DNA from: an uncultured Desulfurococcales archaeon
GTDB lineage: Archaea; Thermoproteota; Thermoprotei_A; Sulfolobales; CAZCAU01
NCBI GenBank assembly: GCA_964496855.1
Contig: CAZCAU010000003.1
Location: 1-55,486 of the forward strand
Direction: 5' to 3'
DNA: 55,486 bases
Each line of letters begins with the position of its first letter. Within the stretch, counting starts at the first letter, position 1. The translations under genes were made by a program, and so were the position numbers. The notes beneath the pieces were generated by a model that saw only the letters and a list, made by a program, of their open reading frames with translations, was not told where the DNA came from and did no database searches. Shown piece by piece: positions 20,305 through 30,901 of the stretch.

Positions 20305-20802
20305 TTGTATAAATACGAGTCCAAAAAAGGAGGATACTTTATCATAAGAGAAGCCGAGATAAGGGATCTGGAACACATTATATTTATAAATAGGGTGTCT
20401 TTGCCTGAAAACTACACACCTGAGTTCTTCAAAGAACATCTAGTCAAATGGAAACACTCCTTTCTAGTAGGTATGTATGAGGACAAGATAGTGGGATATG
20501 TAATGTGTAGAGTAGAATGGGGATGGAGCAATTTTTCTCCAAAATTTACTAGAAAGGGGCATGTGATATCTCTTGCTGTGCTACCAGAGTATCGAAGACT
20601 AGGTATTGGAGAGAAGCTCATGGTGCATGCCTTGGATGCTCTTAAGACTAGGTATAGTGCTAATGAGGTCTACTTAGAAGTGCGTGTCTCTAATATGCCT
20701 GCAATAAAGTTATATGAAAAACTAGGCTTCAAGATAATTCGTGTAGTACCAATGTATTATTCCGATGGCGAAGACGCTTATATAATGGCGAGAAAGTTAT
20801 GA
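20305..20802 (+). CDS. ard1: protein N-terminal acetyltransferase (Ard1/RimI family)
   Basis: LPENY, GHVISLAVLPEYRRLGIG, LEVRVSN and YYSDGEDAY motifs. Confidence 0.92.
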   Translation: MYKYESKKGGYFIIREAEIRDLEHIIFINRVSLPENYTPEFFKEHLVKWKHSFLVGMYEDKIVGYVMCRVEWGWSNFSPKFTRKGHVISLAVLPEYRRLGIGEKLMVHALDALKTRYSANEVYLEVRVSNMPAIKLYEKLGFKIIRVVPMYYSDGEDAYIMARKL

Positions 20803-20880
20803 AGTGAGTTAAACAAACAACATCAGTTTTATACTAAAATGTAGAGAAAATAATGTCTAGGGTATAAAGAGGCTGAATTA

Positions 20881-21597
20881 ATGCATGAAATAATAGTGGT
20901 TCGCGTAGAGACAGGGGCTAAAAACGGTATTCTAGGAGAATATTATGGATGGAGAGGAGAGAACCCGCCAGAACCCCAATTTGTAAAACCTGTATTCACG
21001 CGTATAGATGGTCAAATAAATTTTGTATGGTATGAAAACCCCTTAGGTCCTGATAGTAAGGACAACTTCATGATAGTATGGAGAGGTTTCTTGAGAGTAG
21101 ACGATCCTGGTACCTACATTTTCTACTTGGAAACCGATGATGGAGCAATATTAGAGATAAATAATAATGTTCTTATAAACGCATGGCACGATCAACCGCC
21201 TACTGTTTATCATAGCCGGCCCGTAAAGATAGAGCAAGGATATCATCGTATAAAGGTTGTGTACTATAACAAGGGCCCCTTTGGATTAATAAGGCTTGGG
21301 TGGATAACCCCGAGAGGAGGCTCAGGGATAATACCTGAGGACAAGTATGTGTGTGTAAGAAGTAATAACATAATACTGCGCGGGCTTCCAGAAAACTATA
21401 GAGTAGAGCTATGGAGCGGTAAGAAGATAAGTGAGGCAAGAGTGGAAAAAGGGAGAGCTGTACTAGTATTAGGATACGAGCTCATGCCTCTAGCAGGATA
21501 TTTTAGAATATATGACGAGAAAGAGAGCATGATTGGAGAGACTGTTGTAATAAGAGATATCTGGGGTGGCGACGAATACGAGATAACATTAAAGTAA
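20881..21597 (+). CDS. PA14-domain protein
   Basis: RIDGQINFVW..DNFMIVWRGFL..GTYIFYLETDDGAILEIN..W.DQ..GYHRIKVVYY..LGW matches the PA14 pattern. No signal peptide is evident. Confidence 0.75.
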   Translation: MHEIIVVRVETGAKNGILGEYYGWRGENPPEPQFVKPVFTRIDGQINFVWYENPLGPDSKDNFMIVWRGFLRVDDPGTYIFYLETDDGAILEINNNVLINAWHDQPPTVYHSRPVKIEQGYHRIKVVYYNKGPFGLIRLGWITPRGGSGIIPEDKYVCVRSNNIILRGLPENYRVELWSGKKISEARVEKGRAVLVLGYELMPLAGYFRIYDEKESMIGETVVIRDIWGGDEYEITLK

Positions 21598-21725
21598 AGC
21601 CGTCTAGTCGTGTGTTAGACAACAAGAATGCCAAACATTAACACTGTTCTATCGAAAATCCTAGCTGGAAGACAGATTTATATAATAGAAACAAGCTTGT
21701 AGAAACCGGCGAACATCATGCGCCA

Positions 21726-23091
21726 ATGGACTTTCTAAATGCGTTGAGAGCCCCCAAGATAAGTCTATCCTACCCGACTTCTGGTACAACATAGCACCAG
21801 ATCTGCCAGAAGACCTGCCTCCGATGTTAAAAACCTAATGGAGAGCCAGTAAAGCCAGAGGACCTAAGACCTTTATTCCCAGAATCATTGATCAGACAAG
21901 AGAATTCAAGGGAAAGATACATAGAGATGCCCGTAGAGCTTAGGAGAATGTTCCTGGAACTCGGGCGTCCAACCCCCCCCCCCTTTTAAGAGCAAGACGG
22001 TTCGAGGAACTACTTGGAACGCCTGCAAGAATATACTATAAGTACGAAGGAGTTTTACCAACAGGCTCTCACAAGATAAACACTGCCCTAGCGCAAGTTT
22101 ACTACAACAAGATAGAGGGGGTAAAGAGACTCACAACAGAAACTGGTGCTGGACAATGGGGTTCAGCGCTTAGCTTAGCCTGTGCATTATTCGGTGTAAA
22201 ATTGAGAGTCTATATGGTAAGAGTAAGCTACGAACAAAAACCTTACAGAAGAATACTCATGCAAGTGTATGGTGCAGAAGTAGTACCAAGTCCTAGTAAC
22301 CTAACTAATGCAGGAAGGAAAATACTAGAAAAAGATCCAGAAAACCCTGGGAGTCTAGGAATAGCTATTAGTGAGGCGGTTGAAGATGCTGTAACACATG
22401 AAGATACGAAATATAGTTTAGGATCTGTCCTCAACCATGTATTGCTTCACCAGACAATGATAGGACTTGAAGCAAAGAAACAGTTAAAAGAGCTCGGCGA
22501 GTACCCCGACTTCGTTGTAGGATGTGTTGGTGGGGGAAGTAATTACGCGGGACTAGCATATCCATTCATACACGACAAGCTTCGAGGATCCAGTGATATA
22601 CTGTTCGTGGCTGCAGAACCCAAAGCTGTTCCAACAATGACGCGGGGAATGAGAAGATACGATCATGGAGACACAGCTGGTTTAACACCATTATTGCTTA
22701 TGCATACTGTCGGCCATCGCTTTGTGCCTCCACCAATACATGCTGGTGGACTCAGATACCATGGCGTTGCTCCTACTCTTAGCTTATTAGTGTCAAAAGG
22801 AATAGTAGAGCCAGTAGCCTATAGCCAAACAGAGATATTCAAAGCCGCTATAGACTTCGCGAGGACAGAAGGTGTAGTACCAGCACCGAATCTGCCCACG
22901 CTATAAGAGCTGTAGTCGACCTAGCTCTAAAAGCTAAGCATGAAGGCAAAGAGGTGGTGATATTGTTCAATCTGAGCGGACATGGACTTCTCGATCTAGA
23001 GGGATACGAAGACTTCCTATCAGGTATACTAACAGACGAGGAACCCAGAGAGACAGATCTATCATATTTAGAGAATATCGAGGTAAGATAA
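21726..23091 (+). pseudogene. trpB2: tryptophan synthase beta-like TrpB2, frameshifted
   Basis: Segments in different frames read [36 protein letters not shown] (PLP Lys), [20 protein letters not shown] and [19 protein letters not shown]. Frame breaks at about 21755 (inferred from the ATG choice), 21833, 21983 (C11) and 22888. Confidence 0.9.
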
Positions 23092-23095
23092 TATT

Positions 23096-23719
23096 GTGGT
23101 CAAAGAAGTTGTATTAATGCCTCTAGATGCACTAGTGCCGCATGAAAAGACCAGTAAGGATAGAGTACAATGGCTAAAGAACAACATACTTGAAGCCTCT
23201 ATCATAAAACGTCCATTAATAGTCGATGAGAACACATATACAGTAATAGACGGTCATCATAGGCTTGAGGCTTTACGCCAACTCGGAGCTCGTTATGCCC
23301 CGGTAGTACTTGCAAATTACAACCAAGACATAAAGAGCATCGAGACATGGGCAATGTTTCTTCGATACAATAATGCCAGGCTTGCAGAGATTATAGACAC
23401 ACATGTAAAACGTGGCCCTTCGACATTAATTATTATAGGAGAAGAGGGCATAGAGAGAATAAAAGTAGACGTTGTGGATGCATACCACGTGCTACATTAT
23501 CTCTTCTCGGAATATCATGATGAATACTATAACAGCAGAGGAGTTGCTAGTTCGAGATATTTACCAAAGGGCGTCAGTATAGTCTTGAGACCACACTTGA
23601 CTTCCTACGATATAACACGTATAGCAGTAAGCAAAGAGCCTCTACCACCCAAATCGACAAAGCACATTACATATTTAAAGAAGCTAATTAGCCCTGTTTC
23701 TCTAAACTCGCTTTTTTAG
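23096..23719 (+). CDS. serK: ParB/Srx-fold protein, probable free serine kinase (SerK family)
   Basis: LVPHE, PLIVD, VIDGHHRLEALRQLG and C-terminal LPPKSTKH, as in SerK-type kinases. Starts 4 bp after trpB2. Confidence 0.65.
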   Translation: MVKEVVLMPLDALVPHEKTSKDRVQWLKNNILEASIIKRPLIVDENTYTVIDGHHRLEALRQLGARYAPVVLANYNQDIKSIETWAMFLRYNNARLAEIIDTHVKRGPSTLIIIGEEGIERIKVDVVDAYHVLHYLFSEYHDEYYNSRGVASSRYLPKGVSIVLRPHLTSYDITRIAVSKEPLPPKSTKHITYLKKLISPVSLNSLF

Positions 23720-24267
23720 CTTCTCCTTGTAACCCTAAAGACTATCGACATGTATACCGGGATAATAAAGGCTATTGTTGCTAGCTCTGGTATAGCTGCG
23801 CCAGGAGGAATATCTCTGGAGAAATGCAGGTACCAAGATAGTATACTTATTATTGCTAGAGGGACAAAATAGTACTTCCGCTCAAGCACACCGTACACCA
23901 GCAATAGGATCACCAGTATTGTGAAGAATACAAGGGAGACATAGAAGTGTAAACTACCGTATACTTCATCAAAAACACCAATAAGTATTAGATCGTACCC
24001 TGCTAGAAACAATAATGCTCTATATAGACGCGAGCAATCAAGCATACAGAAAGCTACGAGAGCTATTAAGAAGCCTCCAGTGACCAAACCTATATTGAAT
24101 ACCGGCGCGACCCTGCTTTTAACACTATGTCCTAAGTCGCTCAGTGCGTTATTTACTATGTCAAACCATGATGATAAGAGTATAGCTAATAAGATAAATA
24201 CCAACGGGATAGCAATAGACAAGACTGCTAGTAGCTGCGTTATTTTCTTAGATCTAATGCACTGCAT
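23716..24267 (-). CDS. DUF998-family membrane protein
   Basis: NALSDLG, FNIGL, LIGVFDEVYGSLHFYVS and GAAIPE motifs; multiple TM helices. Confidence 0.8.
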   Translation of the reverse strand: MQCIRSKKITQLLAVLSIAIPLVFILLAILLSSWFDIVNNALSDLGHSVKSRVAPVFNIGLVTGGFLIALVAFCMLDCSRLYRALLFLAGYDLILIGVFDEVYGSLHFYVSLVFFTILVILLLVYGVLERKYYFVPLAIISILSWYLHFSRDIPPGAAIPELATIAFIIPVYMSIVFRVTRRS

Positions 24268-24311
24268 TGAATACTTCCTCTAATATTATTGATAGATTAG
24301 ATCGTGAAGGG

Positions 24312-24950
24312 TTACCACATTCTAAGTAGCTTAACCTTTTTATTCCTAATGTCTATAAGCACGTAGTTGCCCTCAGCAGCAGGTCCTGCATTAACTATTA
24401 ACGTGTCACCGATGTAGTCTATACCTCTAGACTCATGTATATGACCACACAGGAATAATTTGGGAGCGTATAGCGTTATAAAATCTCTGAGCTCTGGAAG
24501 TCCTGCATGCACATTTCCCCAAGTTATATCGACTTTTGTATCGAATGGCGGGAAATGACTGAGAATTATAAGGTCACTGGCTTGCCTCTGGTATGTTTCT
24601 TTAAGAATTTCCGAGAGCTTTTTTAATGAAGCATAAGGTTCGATACCACTTATGCCTCCAATAATGTAATTATTATTGTATACGACAATACTGCCTTCGA
24701 CAGATAACTGTTTCTCACGTAGGTATCTAGCTACGTATACATCATCCATATTACCTGTTACTGCAAATACTCTCTTGGTCTCACTCCTTAATGCTTCCAT
24801 TATGGGTTCTAGCACTAGTTCTGGGCATTCTATGTCCCCAGTGATAAATACTCCTAGAAGCTTGTCATAGATGCTAGGAATAATCTCGTTCACCAGTCTC
24901 TGCACAGCGCTGTAGCTACAATGTATATCACTTAGATGTAAAATGTACAC
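24312..24950 (-). CDS. calcineurin-like metallophosphoesterase
   Basis: SDIH, GD, GNMD, SHFPP and GHIHE motifs. Confidence 0.9.
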   Translation of the reverse strand: MYILHLSDIHCSYSAVQRLVNEIIPSIYDKLLGVFITGDIECPELVLEPIMEALRSETKRVFAVTGNMDDVYVARYLREKQLSVEGSIVVYNNNYIIGGISGIEPYASLKKLSEILKETYQRQASDLIILSHFPPFDTKVDITWGNVHAGLPELRDFITLYAPKLFLCGHIHESRGIDYIGDTLIVNAGPAAEGNYVLIDIRNKKVKLLRMW

Positions 24951-25014
24951 GTTACATCACCATAATAATGAGATTTAGCAAGCGAGATCATTAAACCCTA
25001 GTTTAAAATACCGA

Positions 25015-26094
25015 CTAGTCCTCTACCTCGTATTCACCAATAGTTTTCTCTTCCTCCGGCCTACCCTTCCATCCCCATGGGCAACCCTTTCCGTGTCTTA
25101 TAGGTTTATCTCTATAACTTAGCAATACTATCCGACTGGGCATGCTCTGGCTCCTTATTGGTACACCCGAGTACTTTGATATTAGTTTGGAGAACTCTAC
25201 GACATCCTCATGCCTGGGCATATTTTCTGGTCTTAGTCTCTTACGAGATGCCCCCACGTACATGTAAGCTTTTACCTCTATATATGTAGGGTCAGCTAGT
25301 TTTATTATTCTCGCAAACTCTTTAGCATCTTCCTCACTCATGTTTATGCCCTTGAGTACTGTTATGCGTAGAACCGTGGGATTCTTGAATGTACTCATAA
25401 GCTCGAGACTTTCAAGAGTAAGTTCCCAGGCTCTTGGTACGAGGGGGTTATTGAACCAATTATACATTCTCTTATTGTGTGCTTCTATGGATATGTAGAG
25501 CTGAGATGGTTCTTCCTCGAGATTGCTAAGTACGTCAGGTCTTACTCCTCGGGTTACGAGAAATGTCGTCATACCTCTCTTATGGTACTCTTTGATTAAA
25601 TCCCCTAGCAAGGGGTAAAGTGTTGGTTCTCCCGTAAGGCTTATGGCTACGTGTTTGGGATTCATGGCTTCTTCGAGTTTTGCTAGATCTACTCGTGGAT
25701 GACCTTTGTAGCCGCTCAGTATGCGTCTCTGCTCTTCGATAGTCTTATCCACTATAAGCTTAGGCTCTTCGTAGAAACTCATACGTGTCTCATCGAGTTC
25801 TATGCCTATATCCTGGGGACGTATCCTCCAGCAGTGTAGACAGGCATTCCAACACCAAAATGCTGTCGGACTCATTTGGATACATCTATGGCTTTCAATA
25901 CCATAAAACTTGCATTTATAACAATACCTATCCTCGACCAGAGCCATGTGTGTCCAATGACACTTCTTAACTACTGTATGTAGTCCCGCGAAGTGGTATC
26001 TTTGTTTCTTGAGTATATTAACTAGCTCTGAGTACCTTGAGGGCACTTCTCCCTTAACATGCCTATCTAGTCTCTCTGACACACTATTTCCCAT
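25015..26094 (-). CDS. taw1: 4-demethylwyosine synthase (radical SAM, Taw1/TYW1)
   Basis: KKCHWT, CYKCKFYGIESHRCIQMSP, CWNACLHCWR, AISLTGEP and IEVKAYM motifs. Confidence 0.95.
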   Translation of the reverse strand: MGNSVSERLDRHVKGEVPSRYSELVNILKKQRYHFAGLHTVVKKCHWTHMALVEDRYCYKCKFYGIESHRCIQMSPTAFWCWNACLHCWRIRPQDIGIELDETRMSFYEEPKLIVDKTIEEQRRILSGYKGHPRVDLAKLEEAMNPKHVAISLTGEPTLYPLLGDLIKEYHKRGMTTFLVTRGVRPDVLSNLEEEPSQLYISIEAHNKRMYNWFNNPLVPRAWELTLESLELMSTFKNPTVLRITVLKGINMSEEDAKEFARIIKLADPTYIEVKAYMYVGASRKRLRPENMPRHEDVVEFSKLISKYSGVPIRSQSMPSRIVLLSYRDKPIRHGKGCPWGWKGRPEEEKTIGEYEVED

Positions 26095-26200
26095 AGGAAC
26101 AGAATATAGTTCTTAGACATTATTTTATTTACTCAGGTAGATTAGCGTTTTTGGATATCTTAGGACTAAACTATATGTACAACGAATTAATGATAAAAAT

Positions 26201-27343
26201 ATGAGTGCCATGATATACGACAGCTACTGGCAGTATATACGACCAGATGCTATTAGTGTGTGGTTTAACACAGAAGTAAGGAGAAGACTGAAATGGTACG
26301 CCTCTGTAATGGAGAATAAAAAGCCAGCAAAGTTTCTTATAGCTAAGAGAATAGGTGTTCATGACAAAAACATAGAAGGACTTGATGAGGAAGCATTATG
26401 GGAGATACACGATAATCTCGAAAAAGAGTTTTTGAGAATCATGAAAGATATTGTCAGCGACAACTATAGTCTAGACGAGTTAGAAAAACCCAGGTATTCT
26501 TTTCTCGATGTAAAGATCCTACTAGCTTACAAGATCCTGGAAAAGTGCCACTTCTGTGAGAGAAAATGCTATGTAGATAGGGCCAGAGGTAAAAGAGGAG
26601 CCTGTTGGATGAACAAAGATGTGATAGCACACTCATGGTTCCTCCACGTAGGCGAAGAAGCCCCCTTAGTTCCAAGCGGTACTATTTTCTATGGTGGATG
26701 TAATTTTAGATGCGTATACTGTCAAAACTATGATATAAGTCAGACAAATCCTAGAGGAGGAATAAAAGTCTCCCCAAAACAACTAGCAGCAATTCAAAAA
26801 GAACTCAGACTCAAAGGTGCTAGAAACATAAACCATGTAGGCGGGGACCCTACACCACACCTGCATGGTATTCTAGAGTCGTTGAGATACTTAGAAATCA
26901 ATGTACCACAGCTCTGGAATAGTAATCTGTATCTCACAGAGGAGGCTCTCAAACTCTTACTACACGTCATAGATATATGGTTGCCTGACTTCAAGTACGG
27001 GAATAATGTCTGTGGTTTTAGACTTTCTACTGTACCGAGGTACTTTGATGTGGTTACACGAAATCTCAAGACTATTGTAGAGCATGGTGACATCATCATA
27101 AGACACTTAGTGTTACCAGGACACCTAGAGTGTTGCACGAAGAAGGCGCTTTATTGGATTGCTAAAAACTTGCCAAAGGAAAAAGTACTTGTAAACATTA
27201 TGGATCAGTACAGGCCAGAGCATCTAGTACTCCGCTATCCAGACAAGTGGCCTGAGATCACCAGAAGACTTTATAGAAAAGAAGTAGAAGAAGCCTACGA
27301 GTATGCGCGGAGCCTAGGAATATTATTTGAGCCTGTGAGCTAA
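26201..27343 (+). CDS. radical SAM protein, PflX family
   Basis: CHFCERKC, HVGEE..LVPSGTIFYGGCNFRCVYCQNYDIS, LPDFKYGN, IRHLVLPG and NIMDQYRP motifs. Confidence 0.88.
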   Translation: MSAMIYDSYWQYIRPDAISVWFNTEVRRRLKWYASVMENKKPAKFLIAKRIGVHDKNIEGLDEEALWEIHDNLEKEFLRIMKDIVSDNYSLDELEKPRYSFLDVKILLAYKILEKCHFCERKCYVDRARGKRGACWMNKDVIAHSWFLHVGEEAPLVPSGTIFYGGCNFRCVYCQNYDISQTNPRGGIKVSPKQLAAIQKELRLKGARNINHVGGDPTPHLHGILESLRYLEINVPQLWNSNLYLTEEALKLLLHVIDIWLPDFKYGNNVCGFRLSTVPRYFDVVTRNLKTIVEHGDIIIRHLVLPGHLECCTKKALYWIAKNLPKEKVLVNIMDQYRPEHLVLRYPDKWPEITRRLYRKEVEEAYEYARSLGILFEPVS

Positions 27344-28276
27344 CCCAATAAGCTCTTCTAAAGTATGTAGCCTGGCGAATTCAAGATACTTGGCTAGTCC
27401 TCTAATTATATCTTCAAATACTTGGAAACCCTTCCATATTATCGCACTCCCGATCTGTACTGCTGAGGCACCTGCAAGAAAGAAGCGTATAGCCGATTCA
27501 TGGTCTACAACACCGCCAACCCCTATAATATCTATTGTCTCGCCGAAGTGTTTGTAGAGATCATATACTACTCTTAACGCTATAGGGTGTATGGCAGGAC
27601 CTGATAAGCCCCCGTAGATGTTGCTTAGCACAGGCTGTTTCGACCATATATCTATGTATAAGGCTTTGATAGTGTTTATAGCAGCAATAGCACAAGCACC
27701 AGCCTTTATCGCTTTCTCTGCCGACTCTAATAGTTTGTCTGCTAGTCCTATTTTTATTATCACAGGCTTTCCCTCCGAAACCTCTGTGACACTCCTTACG
27801 ACCTTGTAGACCTCTGAGGGATCACTACCTATTTCTAATCCATAGCTTTTTGTATGCGGGCAACTCAGGTTCACTTCTACAGCATCGGCGTTATTCTCGA
27901 ATGCCTTACTCGCTAGTTGCTGAAATTCTCTAGGAGACGAACCTGCGATGCTTACAATAACTGGTTTCTTATGCTTCTTTACCTCTTGTACAAAATCTTT
28001 AATACTACTAATTCCAGGATTCGGCAGACCCATGGCGTTTAAAAAGCCAATGTTGTTGATTTCAACGAGAACTGGTGGTTTGTAGCCCTCACGCGGCTCG
28101 ATCGTTATCGATTTCGTAACCACTGCACCTATTTCTCTAACACTCGCAACCCTACCCGCTAATGATGGCGATACTGCTAACACCCCACTAGCTATCATTA
28201 AAGGTGTTGATAAGCGTATCCCACATATACTGGTAGTTATTTTGCTGTATAACTCTTCATTCATACGGGTCGCCAA
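27323..28276 (-). CDS. pyrD: dihydroorotate dehydrogenase (type 1B) catalytic subunit
   Basis: VTKSIT, NAMGLPNPG, EVNLSCPH, INT, GGLSG and GVGGV motifs. Confidence 0.95.
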   Translation of the reverse strand: MATRMNEELYSKITTSICGIRLSTPLMIASGVLAVSPSLAGRVASVREIGAVVTKSITIEPREGYKPPVLVEINNIGFLNAMGLPNPGISSIKDFVQEVKKHKKPVIVSIAGSSPREFQQLASKAFENNADAVEVNLSCPHTKSYGLEIGSDPSEVYKVVRSVTEVSEGKPVIIKIGLADKLLESAEKAIKAGACAIAAINTIKALYIDIWSKQPVLSNIYGGLSGPAIHPIALRVVYDLYKHFGETIDIIGVGGVVDHESAIRFFLAGASAVQIGSAIIWKGFQVFEDIIRGLAKYLEFARLHTLEELIGLAHRLK

Positions 28277-28294
28277 CCATGCTAATTGTTTTGT

Positions 28295-29599
28295 TTATTT
28301 AGATTTGAGCAACGCTATATTTAGGGATACTGGCTTGGAGAATATCTCTCCATCAGCAAATACTATCCTGCCTCCCACGATAGTGTATTTTATTCGGAGA
28401 GGAGTATCTATCCAGTAGAAAAACGTGTTACTAGACTTAGAGAACAATATGCCTGGGTATATCTTGTTTGGACTTATTTCAACAATGGTGAAATTAGCTC
28501 TAGAACCTTCTTTTATATATCCTAGATACTTGTCTACACCGAGTATGTGTGCGGGGTTTCTAGATAGTAAATCTACTAGCATTTCAAGGCCTTTCATGCT
28601 GACTCCCGTAATTTTGGCTGTTAGGGAAACAAGAGTTTCAAGACCTATAATGCCTGGAGGACATATCGGGAAGGGTAGAGATTTTTCCGCAGAGCTATGG
28701 GGAGCATGATCCGAGACTACACTATCGAATACTCTATTTAGGAAAAGACTGACCATGCGCTGCCGCGATACATGGGGTTGCAGAGGCGGATTAATTTTAC
28801 CTATACACGACCTCCTCTCCTCTATAGCGCTATCTGCTAAAAGATAATGTGGAGCCGTATCTATAGTGAATCCGATATCCTTGGCCTTCATAGCAAGACT
28901 GGGAGATTGCACATGAGTTATATGTATTCTTCTTCCATGCAAACTATTCTCTTGCAGCATATCTATGATATCATACATCGCTATTAAACCAGGATCTCTA
29001 AACAACCATCTTCTCCCAGGTTTTGCAAAACTATCTCTAATAGCGTAGGGGTGTTCCGAGTGAAGTATAAATAACTCGTCCGGATTCTTTTTCAATAAGT
29101 CTATAAGCATATCTCGGCGTAGGACAAGGTCTTCTGGGTATATCTTGTATCCTAGAAACAGGTTCCGGTTTTCTGTAAGCTTGGTATAAGCATCTATAGA
29201 ATTAGGTATACCAACGTATATGCTATAATCCACATAGCTATTATCTTTCAATGATTCTAGCTTAGAAGTTAACGACTTTTTATCTCTAATAAACGGATGC
29301 GTATTCGGCATATCTGCTACGACTGTTATCCCTCCAGCAGCTGCAGCTTTGGTTCCGGTGGCTTCGTCTTCTTTATAGCTTAGGGAGAGTCCCCTCAAAT
29401 GAACATGCATGTCAATAAATCCCGGCAGTATTATAGTCTTTGTCTCGCTACTTAGATCTAGTAACTCGTTATGAGAAGCAAATGTGAATGTATAGCCCTT
29501 ATGTATCTCTTTAATAAAACCTGATGATATACATATTGAGGCGTCAACGACATCGTCATTGATAAATGCTTTTCCTTTTAAGATAAACTCGCATGCCAT
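28295..29599 (-). CDS. pyrC: dihydroorotase
   Basis: PGFIDMHVHLRG, KEDEATGT.AAAAGG.T..DMPNT, KINPPL and SDHAPH motifs; pyr operon context. Confidence 0.92.
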   Translation of the reverse strand: MACEFILKGKAFINDDVVDASICISSGFIKEIHKGYTFTFASHNELLDLSSETKTIILPGFIDMHVHLRGLSLSYKEDEATGTKAAAAGGITVVADMPNTHPFIRDKKSLTSKLESLKDNSYVDYSIYVGIPNSIDAYTKLTENRNLFLGYKIYPEDLVLRRDMLIDLLKKNPDELFILHSEHPYAIRDSFAKPGRRWLFRDPGLIAMYDIIDMLQENSLHGRRIHITHVQSPSLAMKAKDIGFTIDTAPHYLLADSAIEERRSCIGKINPPLQPHVSRQRMVSLFLNRVFDSVVSDHAPHSSAEKSLPFPICPPGIIGLETLVSLTAKITGVSMKGLEMLVDLLSRNPAHILGVDKYLGYIKEGSRANFTIVEISPNKIYPGILFSKSSNTFFYWIDTPLRIKYTIVGGRIVFADGEIFSKPVSLNIALLKSK

Positions 29600-29605
29600 T
29601 ACCTC

Positions 29606-30406
29606 TTACCTTAGATATCTTGATACTATTCTATAATCAAACCAGGGGCCATCACGACATACTAGAAGTCCCGAAGAACCTACTTCGCAACTACCGCATA
29701 CACCTACCCCACACTTCATTTTTCTTTCAAGACCTAGTAAGGTATTAAGATCCAGGTCTCTAGAGATCTCTGCAAGCGTCTTAAGCATAGGTTCTGGGCC
29801 GCAGCCTACAACAAGCGTGTCTTTTTCTACTTTCAATGACCTGCTCTTAACCAAGTTGTAGAACAGCTCTGTAGCAGTGCCTTTAAAACCTAGGCTACCA
29901 TCATCTGTTGAAAAATAAATTGAAATATTGTACTTCCTCAACAAGGATGCTAGTATAAGCTCTCCAGCGGTTCTCGCCCCATAGACTAGAGCAATATTTG
30001 AGCTTCTACCATATCGTTGTATAAAGAAATGTATTGGCGCTATGCCAGTACCGCCTGCAATAAACACGTAATTACTATACCCGCCAGGTATGGTGTTTCC
30101 CAGAGGGCCCTTGATACCCAGTACTTCTCCAGGCTCAACATCATAGAGTCTTCTCGTTGCCTCACCAACCTTTTTTACAAGAATATACAAATTATCATGA
30201 TTAAGACCAGCTATGCTCATAGGTATCTCTTTTACTCCTGGAACCCATAACATGACAAACTGTCCCGGACTTGGATTGCTGGGTAGTTGTTTGAGCAGTT
30301 TTAGTCTTATCCATGCATGAACTCTGCTTAGCCTCTCATTACTGACTACTACGCTGGGCACAAACATCGCATGTTGTTTTACCAGGCTACTCTGTGTATT
30401 TAGCAT
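29606..30406 (-). CDS. pyrK: dihydroorotate dehydrogenase electron-transfer subunit
   Basis: PGQFVMLW, GPLGN, GGTGIAP, CGPEPM and MKCGVGVCGSC..CRDGP motifs. Confidence 0.92.
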   Translation of the reverse strand: MLNTQSSLVKQHAMFVPSVVVSNERLSRVHAWIRLKLLKQLPSNPSPGQFVMLWVPGVKEIPMSIAGLNHDNLYILVKKVGEATRRLYDVEPGEVLGIKGPLGNTIPGGYSNYVFIAGGTGIAPIHFFIQRYGRSSNIALVYGARTAGELILASLLRKYNISIYFSTDDGSLGFKGTATELFYNLVKSRSLKVEKDTLVVGCGPEPMLKTLAEISRDLDLNTLLGLERKMKCGVGVCGSCEVGSSGLLVCRDGPWFDYRIVSRYLR

Positions 30407-30416
30407 CGCTTGTGCC

Positions 30417-30896
30417 TCAGCTTCTAAAAGACTCTAATATATCTTCTTCTTTATGATATGTTCCACAATACTCGCAGCGCAGCTTTAATGGTTTCTTAGA
30501 GATAAGTGTGAATACCGTTTGTATAGGTTCTCTAGGCAAGTTAGAGATACAGGTGGGGTTCCTACATTTGATGAGACCTTTAATATACATCGGTATTTCT
30601 ACTCTTCTTTTCTCTTTTACCATGTAATCTTCTATAATGTTTATAGTAGCTGTAGGCGCTATAAGGGATATCAAGTTCACTTCATCCCAGCTTAATATCC
30701 TGTCTTCTATTTTCACAATATCCTTCTTTCCAAGTCTCTTGCTCTCAACATTCATAACCACAGCTACACGTATATTCTCTTTACCAGTAATCCCTAGTAT
30801 TCTGAGAACATCCAGCGAGCGACCTGCTGGTATATGGTCTATAACAGTCCCTCTTTTTATCTTCCTTACAAGCAACTCTGTCCCATAACTCTTCAT
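30417..30896 (-). CDS. pyrI: aspartate carbamoyltransferase regulatory subunit
   Basis: [15 protein letters not shown] and CRNPTCISN...CEYC Zn site. ATG at 30896 follows GGTGA. Confidence 0.96.
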   Translation of the reverse strand: MKSYGTELLVRKIKRGTVIDHIPAGRSLDVLRILGITGKENIRVAVVMNVESKRLGKKDIVKIEDRILSWDEVNLISLIAPTATINIIEDYMVKEKRRVEIPMYIKGLIKCRNPTCISNLPREPIQTVFTLISKKPLKLRCEYCGTYHKEEDILESFRS

Positions 30897-30901
30897 ACTT
30901 C

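Noticed and set aside
21973-21987. C11-T4 run as a programmed frameshift or phase-variation switch
   Set aside because: At least two other independent frameshifts with in-frame stops exist in the gene, so one slip cannot restore it.
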